Positions 34,656-45,271 of a DNA stretch of 64,000 nucleotides are shown here, in pieces. The stretch's first letter is position 1. Each line of letters opens with the position of its first letter. This stretch comes from Bacteroidales bacterium (GTDB lineage Bacteria; Bacteroidota; Bacteroidia; Bacteroidales; TTA-H9). Position numbers and translations under genes: made by a program. The DNA lies in the NCBI GenBank assembly GCA_035411425.1, contig DAONSX010000004.1, positions 16,392-80,391 of the forward strand, in the 5' to 3' direction. The notes under the pieces are model-generated. The model ran no database searches and had not been told where the DNA came from. It was given only the letters and a program-made list of their open reading frames with translations.

Positions 34656-35939
34656 CTAATTTTTACTCCCCATGATAGCGATACTGCCTTTATACACTTC
34701 TTCGCCAAACCTGCCGATACATTTCAACACGTAAAAATACGTACCATCGGCCAGCTTTCCGCCATCCCAATCGTTCCTATAATCTTTACTTTCGTAAAGT
34801 TTTCTTCCCCATCTGTTCAGGATCACCAGTTCCATTCGTTCATAATATCGCAGCAATGAAGGTTGCTCGGTTTCCGTTTTCCCATCCACTTTAATAATTA
34901 AAACATCATTGATTCCGTCGGCATTGGGAGTAAAAACATTAGGCACTTCCACTTTAGGGCGTCGCAGCGGCAAGAATTTCGCAATACTTGTATCGCAATT
35001 ATCATTATTAATAGCATAGAGTCGAACACGGTATTCTTCGATTTGTTGCTGAAAAAATTGCCAAGCGCTGGTAAAGGTATGTAAGGGATTTTTTTCGACA
35101 GAGCGGCTCGAATCGGGTTCACCAAAATTCCATTGAAAATTATATACATCTATCCCAACATTAAGAAGCGAATCGATATTAGAATAGAATTGCACAGAAG
35201 GTTTCTGCAGATAGACCGTATCGGGATCGAAAGTAAAATGAATAGGAGGTGCTTTTAGGACTTTTACGAAGTAATTGTCGCGATAAATACAACCATTCCC
35301 ATCTACAATGGTTATTTTATGCTGACCTGGGCTAACGCCCAGAACCACAGTATCTATTCCAGGCATCAAGAAGCCATCGCCCCAATCGATTTGATAGGGA
35401 GGAGTCCCCGAATGAATGGAAATGCCATAACGTCCCTTATCCTCCTTGCTGCAGCCCATCATCAACTGGGTTAAATTATATTGTATGCCCCGTGGATGAA
35501 CCTTCAGGATACCATCGTTATATAAATAAGTTAGAGGATTGCCTTGCTCATCTTTGAAGTAGGTTTGAGCAGCATCAAAAGAAAGTAAAGAAGTACCACT
35601 TTGCAGGGCTGTAAATTGAATCTTCGCAATATTGCCCGTTCCAAAGGGTAAAGCGGAGGCCGATGTCCACTCCAGAACCAGACGATTATTTCCGTTTAAG
35701 AAAGCGGTAAGACCGGCCAGTGCAGGGTTACGAAAATAAAGACTGTCATAATGAACAATATCATCCTGAAATGAAAATTCAATCCGAAAGGAGGCACATT
35801 GCCTTAATTCCTGAACCTTTAATGGAACAATAATAGTGTCGGTTTTACAAGTACTATCGGTTTTGAAAGAAATTAAAATTTGGGCAGGAAGCCGTAAAGC
35901 ACAACATGTTAGAAATAGAATAATGAGAATACGTTTCAT
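34656..35939 (-). CDS. secreted protein with a T9SS type-B (gliding-motility-associated) C-terminal domain
   Basis: Signal peptide (MKRILIILFLTCCALRLPAQ) and C-terminal VPNVFTPNADGINDVLII...NRWGRKLYES...WDGG..DGTYFYVLK. The track start at 35957 is GTG; the ATG is at 35939. Confidence 0.8.
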   Translation of the reverse strand: MKRILIILFLTCCALRLPAQILISFKTDSTCKTDTIIVPLKVQELRQCASFRIEFSFQDDIVHYDSLYFRNPALAGLTAFLNGNNRLVLEWTSASALPFGTGNIAKIQFTALQSGTSLLSFDAAQTYFKDEQGNPLTYLYNDGILKVHPRGIQYNLTQLMMGCSKEDKGRYGISIHSGTPPYQIDWGDGFLMPGIDTVVLGVSPGQHKITIVDGNGCIYRDNYFVKVLKAPPIHFTFDPDTVYLQKPSVQFYSNIDSLLNVGIDVYNFQWNFGEPDSSRSVEKNPLHTFTSAWQFFQQQIEEYRVRLYAINNDNCDTSIAKFLPLRRPKVEVPNVFTPNADGINDVLIIKVDGKTETEQPSLLRYYERMELVILNRWGRKLYESKDYRNDWDGGKLADGTYFYVLKCIGRFGEEVYKGSIAIMGSKN

Positions 35940-36024
35940 CTGAGAAATTTTTACCACTTGATTGTAATAAAATTCATTGTAGAATATAATGAACGAGCCA
36001 CATTAAAAAAAATTTTGTAGATGT

Positions 36025-36390
36025 TCAAAATTGGCCTGAAGAAAGCAATACAAGTGTACATTCTTCCAAAATTTCTATACCTCTCTCAGAAGCAGCTATT
36101 GCTAATTCAGGATTATATGTTCCTGGGTTAAAGATAATTCTTTGAGGATTCACTGATAGAATCCTTTGCTGATGTACCTTTTGTAATTCCGGTCGAAGGT
36201 AGATAGAAACAGTATGTATATCTACTGCTTGATCCCAGGTTGAATGAACCACAATTTTACCCCAAATAAAATCCTCTTTTCCAATGGCATAAACAGGATG
36301 TCCATGGTTTAATAAAGCTTCAACCGCCTGATTAGCCATGCGTTCAGGGTTTCGGCTAACCCCAAGAACAACGGTAGGTTTTATTTCCAT
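36025..36390 (-). CDS. CoA-binding domain protein (YccU-like)
   Basis: 121 aa with the pattern VLGVSRNPERMANQAV..L...G..VY.IG typical of CoA_binding_2 proteins. Confidence 0.7.
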   Translation of the reverse strand: MEIKPTVVLGVSRNPERMANQAVEALLNHGHPVYAIGKEDFIWGKIVVHSTWDQAVDIHTVSIYLRPELQKVHQQRILSVNPQRIIFNPGTYNPELAIAASERGIEILEECTLVLLSSGQF

Positions 36391-36471
36391 AATTGGTGAA
36401 TGAAAAACTGATTAAGGAGAAGTCATCCATAACCAGTTGGGAGGAAATACGATAATACTTTGGTAAAAATA

Positions 36472-36960
<489 letters not shown>

Positions 36961-36996
36961 TTATTGATGAATCTGATTTGTCGCATAGACTATAAA

Positions 36997-38802
36997 TTAT
37001 CGTTTCTCGGCAAATGGTTTATATTGTTTTCCTCCTCCTTTGAAACCAGCATTCTTGTAAAATTCAACAAAGGTTAGACGCATAGGATGAACAAAAGCGC
37101 CAAGAGAACTAATGGCAATATTGCCCAAGTGAGCAATAACAAGGAATACCACGAAAAGAAGAGGTCCGATATAGGGAATTCCAAGAATAGACATAGCCAC
37201 GTTATTGATTACTATTCCAAGTATGGAACTGGAAATTCCCAAGGCAAAAAGTCGAATATAAGAGAGTAAATCGCCAAATATACCCGTTGCCATTCCATAT
37301 ACATCCCATAAACCTTTCCCAATTCTCACAAAAACATTGGTTTTTAAATCATTTAGGAAAAAGATCAATAAGCAGGAAACTCCTAAAATACTATATAGAA
37401 CGATGGTTTCTCCTTTAGGTAGAACGCCGGCCGAAACCAATCCTTGACGGATTAAAAGTCCCAAAATAAGGATCAACCAGCCAACCAATGAAAGTGCATT
37501 TCGAAACCCTTCTTGATGAGTAATATTAACAACTTTGATACACATTCCGAATACAATTTGCACTGCTCCAAGTATCAAAGAGAGCACCAGCATCTTGTTA
37601 CTATCGAAGAAATAGGATTTGATATTTTCCACAATGGGAATATCAGCATCTATAAGACTGATACCGAAGAAGGTTCCCGAAATTGCTCCGAAAATAAAGG
37701 TAGCTAAACTAAGATACTGTGCAAGAGTTACATAAGGTTTGAATGAAGGTTTAGCTTTGAATTTCTTAAACAAGGTAGCAGCAATAAATATAAACAATCC
37801 GTAACCAGCATCACCTAAGCAGAAGCCAAAAAACATCATAAAGAAAGGGGCAAAGAATGGAGTAAGATCCAGTTCGCCATACTTGGGTAAAGAATATAAG
37901 TGGCCAATGGGCTCGAATAATTTCGCGAAACTATTGTTGCGCAGGAGGATAGGAACCTTTTCGTTTGGATCTGGCTGAGTTTCGATATAAAAAATACCAT
38001 TTTCTTCGCAATACTTTTCAACGGTTTCTTTTGTTTCAACAGGGGCAAAACCTTCTAAAATCTTCAACTTCCCTTCTGCTTCCGATAAAGTGTTGTTTAC
38101 TACTACATGATAATCGACTTCGGAGGCAATTTGATGCAATGTTTTCTGCAAAAGAGGAATAGAGCTCGCAGCCAGCCTTGCAAATTCTTCTTCAATCTCG
38201 CTAAGGCGTGTCTGTATAGCTTCCTGTTTTTTTAACAATTCACTCAGAGGACGTTCGGGTGCTTTAACTTCTTCGGCCGGCAAATCAATCTCTTCCTGAC
38301 CTTCATTCACAAGAATGAAATAAATAACACCCGGCTGTTCATTCACCACCCCAATATTGTATTTCGATAACCACTGAGGATCGAATTTACGAGAAGGTAT
38401 GATATAAAAAGATATTCTCAATCCTGCTTTACGAAGTTTTTCGATAATTTGAGGGTCGAAATCTCCCCAGGGTTCAGTATATTCAATTTCCTTTTTCAAT
38501 GTAGCGAGTTGCTGATTTAAAGACTCGACCTCTGCCTGTAAATCTCTAATGTGTTCAAATATTTTCATTCCATCCCCTTCTGAGGGCGCTTCAGCTGTGA
38601 TTTCGGGTTTTTTATGCTTTTTAAGCAACTTGATGGTTTCAGCAACCTGCTTTTGCAAGGCAAGCCTTTCAGCTGCGTCTTTGTCGAGTTCCTTCTTCCG
38701 CTTTACGATATCTATAACACCCACAGATCGCAAGCCCTTTAGAAATCGTTCATAATCTTCATGATATACCAAAAAAATGAATTTGGTCATGGGGACTATC
38801 AT
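36997..38802 (-). CDS. atpI: V-type ATPase subunit I (a-type stator/channel)
   Basis: 601 aa with a soluble coiled N-terminal half and a multi-TM C-terminal half containing the conserved SYIRLFALG Arg motif. Its ATG overlaps the atpD stop (ATGA). Confidence 0.9.
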   Translation of the reverse strand: MIVPMTKFIFLVYHEDYERFLKGLRSVGVIDIVKRKKELDKDAAERLALQKQVAETIKLLKKHKKPEITAEAPSEGDGMKIFEHIRDLQAEVESLNQQLATLKKEIEYTEPWGDFDPQIIEKLRKAGLRISFYIIPSRKFDPQWLSKYNIGVVNEQPGVIYFILVNEGQEEIDLPAEEVKAPERPLSELLKKQEAIQTRLSEIEEEFARLAASSIPLLQKTLHQIASEVDYHVVVNNTLSEAEGKLKILEGFAPVETKETVEKYCEENGIFYIETQPDPNEKVPILLRNNSFAKLFEPIGHLYSLPKYGELDLTPFFAPFFMMFFGFCLGDAGYGLFIFIAATLFKKFKAKPSFKPYVTLAQYLSLATFIFGAISGTFFGISLIDADIPIVENIKSYFFDSNKMLVLSLILGAVQIVFGMCIKVVNITHQEGFRNALSLVGWLILILGLLIRQGLVSAGVLPKGETIVLYSILGVSCLLIFFLNDLKTNVFVRIGKGLWDVYGMATGIFGDLLSYIRLFALGISSSILGIVINNVAMSILGIPYIGPLLFVVFLVIAHLGNIAISSLGAFVHPMRLTFVEFYKNAGFKGGGKQYKPFAEKR

Positions 38803-39401
38803 ACCGCAACCTCCTTTTGGTCAAATCGATTCTTCAAGATTTTCTGCGAAGATTTGGAAAGGTTTTCTTCGTCTTCAAGGAAGCGTTTTATTTTGATAAC
38901 AGCTTCTTCATAACCTGGAATCTGAACTTTTTCGTAAAGATTTACTTTTTGGGTAGTTTTTTTACGGGCATGATCGAGCAATTTCATCTTGGCGTAGTAA
39001 AATTCTCTTTCGATAGCAATAGAGGCAAGTTTCTCGAGAATAAGGATGCCATCCATGTACCAAACTGGTTGATTGAAGAGGCTGAAGGGTTTTATTTCGA
39101 AATGGATTTGCTGAAGGATAGGGATACGCACTCCGGCAATTTTCTTAATCCCCAAGTCAACATCATGAATGACAACCAATCCGGGGTTGAACTCATTCCA
39201 TAAACGCACCATTTCATTGTATTCGGCCATAGCAGCAGACAACTTTTCATCGAGGCTTGTGGCATAATCCTTGGCTCGTTTCACTTCTGCTCTTAATGCC
39301 GATTCCTTGTTTTTTAAAGTAGGCAATGCTCGCAGGCGTATCCGGAGCTGCTTATTCATCTCCTGAAGAGAAGTCTTATTATATTGAAATTTTACCGCCA
39401 T
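38799..39401 (-). CDS. atpD: V-type ATPase subunit D
   Basis: 200-aa coiled-coil protein (LRALPTLKNKESALR...) in the operon position between B and I. Confidence 0.85.
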   Translation of the reverse strand: MAVKFQYNKTSLQEMNKQLRIRLRALPTLKNKESALRAEVKRAKDYATSLDEKLSAAMAEYNEMVRLWNEFNPGLVVIHDVDLGIKKIAGVRIPILQQIHFEIKPFSLFNQPVWYMDGILILEKLASIAIEREFYYAKMKLLDHARKKTTQKVNLYEKVQIPGYEEAVIKIKRFLEDEENLSKSSQKILKNRFDQKEVAV

Positions 39402-39464
39402 TTTCTACTCATTACTTTTATAGCTTTATCATTGGAAAATTTTCCATTCTTTACATATTGTGTT

Positions 39465-40787
39465 TTATTTTACAGGCCAGTATTTATCGACGAGTTCTTG
39501 TTTTATGCCCACTTCGGCCTGGTTAAAATGGCGTGCAAACAATTCCCAGCCTGTATCCAGCATTTTATCGATGTCGATGTTTACATCAATAGCCAGAAGA
39601 TATTCGGAATATTCTCTGGCAAAATCGAGTGCACGCTGGTCGTAATCCGTAAGGTCGAAGCCATTTTCGAGTTTAGTTTTGGCGTTGGCGGCGTCGGCAT
39701 AAAGACGTACGGCTGTATTCATCACTTGAGGATGATCCTCACGTGTCTTCTTTCCGATGACGAGTTGTTTCAGTCGTGAAAGGCTGCGGAAAGGATCGAC
39801 GATAACCTTCCCAATATCTGTATCACGCCGCAGGAAAAGCTGGCCTTCGGTGATATAACCCGTATTATCGGGTATGGCATGGGTAATATCGCCTCCTGAA
39901 AGGGTAGTAACTGCAATAATCGTAATGGAACCTCCACTGGGAAATTGGACAGCCTTTTCATAAATCTTGGCTAAATCGCTATAAAGTGAGCCGGGCATGG
40001 AGTCTTTAGAAGGTATCTGATCCATACGATTGGAGACTATACTGAGGGCATCGGCATAAAGTGTCATATCGGTAAGCAGCACCAAGACTTTTTCGTTTTT
40101 ATCGACTGCAAAATATTCGGCTGCCGTAAGAGCCATATCAGGAACCAGTAGGCGTTCGACGGGTGGATCTTCGGTAGTATTTACGAAACTGATGATACGG
40201 TCGAGGGCACCGGCGTTTTCGAACACATTTTTGTAGTAAAGGTAGTCGTCGTTCGTCAAGCCCATTCCGCCCAGAATGATCTTGTCGGCTTCGGCACGGA
40301 GAGCTACCATAGCCATTACCTGATTGAAGGGTTGATCGGGGTCGGCGAAAAAAGGAATTTTCTGTCCGGTGACCAGCGTATTATTTAAATCTATACCAGC
40401 TATTCCGGTGGCAATGAGCTCCGAAGGTTGGCGTCTTCTAACGGGGTTTACCGAAGGTCCACCAATGGGACGTTCTTCACCCTCTACCTCAGGACCTCCA
40501 TCGATAGGCTGACCATAAGCATTAAAAAAACGACCTGCCAAGTCATCGCTTACCTTGAGTGTAGGAGGACGGTTATAGAAAATAACTTCGGCATTGGAAG
40601 GAATTCCTTCTGTACCACCAAATACCTGAAGTGTTACTTCATTATCGATAATTTTTACCACTTGAGACAGGCGTCCATGCACCAGTGCCAGTTCTTCGTT
40701 GCCAACTCCCGAAGCTTTCAGCGTGCATGTAGCCTTGGTAATATTGCTGATATGGGTATATATTTTCTGGAATGCAAGTGGACTCAT
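39465..40787 (-). CDS. atpB: V-type ATPase subunit B
   Basis: 440 aa, non-catalytic A/B-family nucleotide-binding fold (GQKIPFFADPDQPFNQ, SRLKQLVIGKKTREDH). Confidence 0.95.
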   Translation of the reverse strand: MSPLAFQKIYTHISNITKATCTLKASGVGNEELALVHGRLSQVVKIIDNEVTLQVFGGTEGIPSNAEVIFYNRPPTLKVSDDLAGRFFNAYGQPIDGGPEVEGEERPIGGPSVNPVRRRQPSELIATGIAGIDLNNTLVTGQKIPFFADPDQPFNQVMAMVALRAEADKIILGGMGLTNDDYLYYKNVFENAGALDRIISFVNTTEDPPVERLLVPDMALTAAEYFAVDKNEKVLVLLTDMTLYADALSIVSNRMDQIPSKDSMPGSLYSDLAKIYEKAVQFPSGGSITIIAVTTLSGGDITHAIPDNTGYITEGQLFLRRDTDIGKVIVDPFRSLSRLKQLVIGKKTREDHPQVMNTAVRLYADAANAKTKLENGFDLTDYDQRALDFAREYSEYLLAIDVNIDIDKMLDTGWELFARHFNQAEVGIKQELVDKYWPVK

Positions 40788-42562
40788 TTTTTTAACTTCC
40801 TTTCCTCAATGATTTTATATAATTCATTTTCAAAATGTTTAAACTGTTCCGATTGAAATTCGGAATAATTCATTTGTTTCAATTGATTAATAATTCGTTT
40901 AAAGTAGGGGTTGACATCTTCGAAGCTGTCGAAATCGAAATTGGTTTCGTAAATATTTATCACCTTGTCGAGCATATATTTTTGGCGCGTCATGGGAGTA
41001 TTGAAGTCGATCTTGTCGAAGGCATCCTGTTGAAGAATAATGGAATCTATTACTTCTGATTTCCAGAAAGTAAGGTGATAATCCAGAGGAACACTATCAT
41101 CGCCCAGAATATTGATTTGTTCGGAAGCTTCACGTCCACGGATCATGATATTTTTCACCAGCATCACCTTATCGACCCAATCATCGGCAATGGTATTGCG
41201 CAATGATTCTTGAACCTCGGGATATTCGAGATATTTAGAATAACTTTCGATAGGATCGATGGCGGGATAACGTTTGCTATCAGCTCTTTGCTGAGATAGT
41301 GCATAAAAAGCTCGAGCTACTTTTTTTGTTGATTCGGTAACGGGTTCTTTCAAATTTCCGCCTGCAGGCGAAACCGTTCCAATAAATGTAATGCTTCCGG
41401 TTTGGTTATTGTTCAAATAGACATACCCTGCACGAGAGTAAAAGTTTGAGATAATTGCGGGCAGGTCCATAGGGAAGGCATCGGGGCCGGGGAGTTCTTC
41501 CATACGATTTGACATTTCGCGTAAGGCTTGTGCCCAGCGAGAGGTAGAGTCGGCCAGAAGTAATATCTTCAATCCCATCGAACGGTAATATTCGGCGATG
41601 GTCATAGCCGTATACACCGAGGCTTCACGGGCTGCAACGGGCATGTTAGAGGTATTGGCAATGATGGTAGTCCTTTCGATCAGTTTACGTCCCGTTCTTG
41701 GGTCTTCTAATTGGGGAAATTCTACGAAGAGCTCGACCACTTCATTGGCACGTTCGCCACAAGCGGCGACTATAACTATGTCGGCTTCGGCTTGACGCGA
41801 CAGCGCGTGTTGCAATACAGTCTTGCCGCTACCAAAGGGTCCCGGAATAAAACCCGTACCTCCTTCGGCCATAGGATTCAGAGTATCCATGGTACGAACG
41901 CCGGTTTGGAAAAGTTTGAAAGGTCGGGGTTTCTCCTTGTATGCCTTTATAGCCTGTTTTACAGGCCAATATTGAACCATGGTAACGGGATGGTCTTTCC
42001 CACTTTCATCCGTAAGCACGGCAATGGTATCATAAATCTTATGAAGACCACGAGGAACAATGGATTTAATGGTATATCTCCCTTCGAAAACGAAAGGCAC
42101 CATAATGCGATGAGGGATGGAATTTTCTATCACTTCGCCCAGCCAGTCGGCAGCTATCACCTGATCTCCGCCTTTTGCCAGAGGCTTGAAATCCCAAATC
42201 TTTTCAGGATCTAAAGCACGTGTATATTCACCGGGTTTAAGAAAAATCCCTGTCATTTCATGTAAATCGTGCATCAATCCATCATAAACACTCGAAAGGA
42301 TTCCAGGGCCAAGGGTGGCTTCGAGCATGTGTCCTTCGAATATTGCTGGTGAGCCGATTTTCAATCCACGGGTGCTTTCGAAAACTTGAGTATATGCCTT
42401 ATTACCGATAATTTTTATTACTTCTGCCATAAGATCGGTTCCATCATGGCTGATATAACAAATCTCATTTTGTGCAACAGGCCCTTCAACCTGCACAATC
42501 ACCAAATTCGCAATAATTCCGGAAACCTTTCCGGTAGTTTTTTTCGTGTTATTCATTATCAT
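40784..42562 (-). CDS. atpA: V-type ATPase catalytic subunit A
   Basis: 592 aa with Walker A GPFGSGKTV and the non-homologous insertion typical of A subunits. 4-nt overlaps with both neighbouring genes. Confidence 0.95.
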   Translation of the reverse strand: MIMNNTKKTTGKVSGIIANLVIVQVEGPVAQNEICYISHDGTDLMAEVIKIIGNKAYTQVFESTRGLKIGSPAIFEGHMLEATLGPGILSSVYDGLMHDLHEMTGIFLKPGEYTRALDPEKIWDFKPLAKGGDQVIAADWLGEVIENSIPHRIMVPFVFEGRYTIKSIVPRGLHKIYDTIAVLTDESGKDHPVTMVQYWPVKQAIKAYKEKPRPFKLFQTGVRTMDTLNPMAEGGTGFIPGPFGSGKTVLQHALSRQAEADIVIVAACGERANEVVELFVEFPQLEDPRTGRKLIERTTIIANTSNMPVAAREASVYTAMTIAEYYRSMGLKILLLADSTSRWAQALREMSNRMEELPGPDAFPMDLPAIISNFYSRAGYVYLNNNQTGSITFIGTVSPAGGNLKEPVTESTKKVARAFYALSQQRADSKRYPAIDPIESYSKYLEYPEVQESLRNTIADDWVDKVMLVKNIMIRGREASEQINILGDDSVPLDYHLTFWKSEVIDSIILQQDAFDKIDFNTPMTRQKYMLDKVINIYETNFDFDSFEDVNPYFKRIINQLKQMNYSEFQSEQFKHFENELYKIIEERKLKK

Positions 42563-43383
42563 GAAAACTCTTTAGGAAATTCATAGCTATTTTCCAAATC
42601 CTCGAGCAAACGTCTAAACATGGCTAAGCCTGCTTCTTTGTCGAGCCGCAGCCATCTTTGTACCATTTGGAACTTTAATATAAATGCAAGGATTATCTCT
42701 ATACTGAAATAATGAAAAGTATTCAATTCGTCAAGATAAGACCAGCGCAAAAGATCGAGCGATTTTTCCCTTTCTAATAAATTGTTGGTTTCAAAAATCT
42801 GAATAAGTTTTTCGATATAAGGGAATTGTTGTGCAAGTCCAAAATCTCTTGCCTGACTTTTAATGAGGGTTTGCGAAAATTCGTCATTGCCAATAATGAA
42901 CGAACGAGCATTGAGTTTAAATTTTCTGGCAGTAAGCGCCGCCATGATATTTCTAACATTCCTTTCGAATTTTATCCAATTCGACACGAATTTATTCTTG
43001 GTTTGAGCAGCATACTCAAGATATATGGCCGTCAATTGATCTTCCCAGCTTAGCTCGGGATAAACAGGCTGCTCTTCTTTAAAATGAAGAATAAAGTTTC
43101 GAAGATAATCGGGGAGAATCTTGGGATTCTTCATTTCTTCTTCGAGTATTTCTAAAGAATACTTTCCGTTAGGAATAAATTCTTCATTGGTTTTCAAAAG
43201 GAGATGAAGAAGATTTTTATTATCGATGGGTAAAAGAATCAATTCAACGAGTTTATAGTCGAAAGCCGAGAGATGATGCCGCAATTCGAGTTTGAATTCG
43301 GCAAAGTCGAGGGCAAGTTTGGATTGCTCGAGCACCAGGTCGGGCAAGCCTGCTACCAGATAATAATAATTTCTTCCCGACAT
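42559..43383 (-). CDS. DUF2764-family protein (Bacteroidota V-ATPase operon component, presumed C/d-like subunit)
   Basis: 274 aa in the conserved operon position between E and A in Bacteroidota V-ATPase operons. No catalytic motifs. Confidence 0.7.
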   Translation of the reverse strand: MSGRNYYYLVAGLPDLVLEQSKLALDFAEFKLELRHHLSAFDYKLVELILLPIDNKNLLHLLLKTNEEFIPNGKYSLEILEEEMKNPKILPDYLRNFILHFKEEQPVYPELSWEDQLTAIYLEYAAQTKNKFVSNWIKFERNVRNIMAALTARKFKLNARSFIIGNDEFSQTLIKSQARDFGLAQQFPYIEKLIQIFETNNLLEREKSLDLLRWSYLDELNTFHYFSIEIILAFILKFQMVQRWLRLDKEAGLAMFRRLLEDLENSYEFPKEFS

Positions 43384-44003
43384 TATTTCCCTCCGTAAAG
43401 AAGATGGTTGGTGCGCGGGCGGAGATAATTCTTGAAAAAGTTCTCGAAGTCTTCTTCGGTAAAGCTAATTACATAACTACCGTCGGCTGGGCCAATACGA
43501 AAACCTCTTCCTATTTTTTCATCATAAATCACCTTCAGGCCTTTGTTCATCAATTCTTTTGCTCTGGCTTCGAAATATTTTCCTAATTTTTCTTCATCTT
43601 CGGGAGGTAAAAAGAGCTGAACGCTTTGCCCTTTACCCGAATTATCGGGTTGCCATCTCGTAAGGATAGTCTCGATCATGCGTTTGATAAAATCTTTATC
43701 GTTGAAAGCCTCTTTGACAGACTGATCAACCATTTCGGTAAGTATAAGTTCGGTAATCTGTTGCCTGAGTGAGGAGATGGCCTGACGCGAAGATAATTTG
43801 ATTTCGTTGGTTACATTGCGCTTGAGCTCTTCGGCTTCACGACGCGCCTGCTCTATAATTCGACTGGCTTCATGTCTTGCATTCTGTAAAATTTCTTCGG
43901 CCTCTTTATTGGCCTTTCCCAATATAGCAGCCGCATCTGCCCGGGCCTTTTCAACACCCTCGTGATAGATTCTTTCCGTCAATTCCTGTAGTTTGCTATC
44001 CAT
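43383..44003 (-). CDS. atpE: V-type ATPase subunit E
   Basis: Charged coiled-coil N-terminus (MDSKLQELTERIYHEGVEKA...). The track start at 44027 is TTG inside a -7 box; the ATG is at 44003. Confidence 0.85.
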   Translation of the reverse strand: MDSKLQELTERIYHEGVEKARADAAAILGKANKEAEEILQNARHEASRIIEQARREAEELKRNVTNEIKLSSRQAISSLRQQITELILTEMVDQSVKEAFNDKDFIKRMIETILTRWQPDNSGKGQSVQLFLPPEDEEKLGKYFEARAKELMNKGLKVIYDEKIGRGFRIGPADGSYVISFTEEDFENFFKNYLRPRTNHLLYGGK

Positions 44004-44024
44004 TGCATTTTCAATTACACCAGG

Positions 44025-44032
44025 CAAAATTA
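44025..44032 (-). promoter_or_regulatory. candidate -7 promoter box (TAATTTTG) for the V-ATPase operon
   Basis: TAnnTTTG on the minus strand, 21 nt upstream of the ATG at 44003. Confidence 0.45.
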
Positions 44033-44188
44033 TAAATTTTCCCTATTGCTCATTATTATATTTTCGAAGATATTTATTTGAATATTTTAATACCCCGATG
44101 AAATCAGGATTAGGGACGAAAATTCAGGGATGTAATTTCAATTCTCTAAATAGTAACTGATTATAAAACAAAGCAAATCGATAATAAA

Positions 44189-45271
44189 TCATGGCAAATA
44201 AAGACATCCACCAATGCTATCAGTTTCAGCTCCTGTGGCCGATGACAAAATATTTGGCTTTTGCTCGAGAAACAATAATCCGAGAAAGGCAAAAACCAAA
44301 GCCTCCTTGAAGTCGATAATACAAGGGGAAGGAATGGCAATAGGTAAAGTAGATAATTCTTTAATTCTCTGTAGAAGGGAATGATGATGCGCTCCGCCTC
44401 CGGTAATTAAAACGCCTTTTTCTTTTGGTTGGACATCAAATAATGAACGCATAATCACAATAGCAATCAACTCACAAACCGTACGCGAAAGATCTTGAAT
44501 CTGCTCGCCTTCGTACTTATTTAAAATGGGAAGAAAAGATTGCAAGAACCACTCCTTTCCAAGTGATTTAGGGGGATTTTTCGAGAAATACTCGAGATGC
44601 AGAAGTTCGAAGAGCAAAGGCTGAATGATGCGACCAGAGGCGGCCAATTCTCCATTATAGTCGAAGGGCAGATTCGCTTTTTGAGCAAGAAAGTTCAAAG
44701 CCATATTGGCCGGACATAAATCGAAAGCTATGCGTTTCCCATCTTTATTATAGGAAATATTGGCAAACCCTCCCAGATTGATGCAAGCGGAATAGGAATT
44801 AAAAAGCAATTCATCGCCAATGGGTACCAGAGGTGCACCTTGCCCTCCTCTCACAATGTCGGCTGTTCTGAAATCACAAATTACCGGTTGATGAGTGGCC
44901 GCTGCAATGGCTACTCCATTACCGGCCTGAAAAGTAAAGCCTTTTTCTGCATCATGAAAGACGGTATGACCATGAGAGGCTATATAATCAACTTCTAATT
45001 TATGATGATTCAAAAATTCAAAGGCTATTTTTCCATAATACTTTCCCAGATCCATATTCAGACTGGCAAGTTCGGCAGCAGAGGCTTCCATTACCCGATT
45101 CAGGCGATCGACCCAGAAAGAAGGATATGGTATGGTTTCGGCCTGTAAAATCTCGAAATTCCAGTTGTCATTCTCAAAATTAAAATCACAGGCTGCCAGG
45201 TCAACGCCATCCAAGGATGTACCCGACATCATTCCCAGACCTTTGTAATGATTTTTGCCGTTATAAAACAT
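44189..45271 (-). CDS. anmK: anhydro-N-acetylmuramic acid kinase
   Basis: GLGMMSGTSLDGVDLA N-terminal motif and an ASKHA fold; 360 aa. Overlaps the murF stop by 11 nt. Confidence 0.9.
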   Translation of the reverse strand: MFYNGKNHYKGLGMMSGTSLDGVDLAACDFNFENDNWNFEILQAETIPYPSFWVDRLNRVMEASAAELASLNMDLGKYYGKIAFEFLNHHKLEVDYIASHGHTVFHDAEKGFTFQAGNGVAIAAATHQPVICDFRTADIVRGGQGAPLVPIGDELLFNSYSACINLGGFANISYNKDGKRIAFDLCPANMALNFLAQKANLPFDYNGELAASGRIIQPLLFELLHLEYFSKNPPKSLGKEWFLQSFLPILNKYEGEQIQDLSRTVCELIAIVIMRSLFDVQPKEKGVLITGGGAHHHSLLQRIKELSTLPIAIPSPCIIDFKEALVFAFLGLLFLEQKPNILSSATGAETDSIGGCLYLP

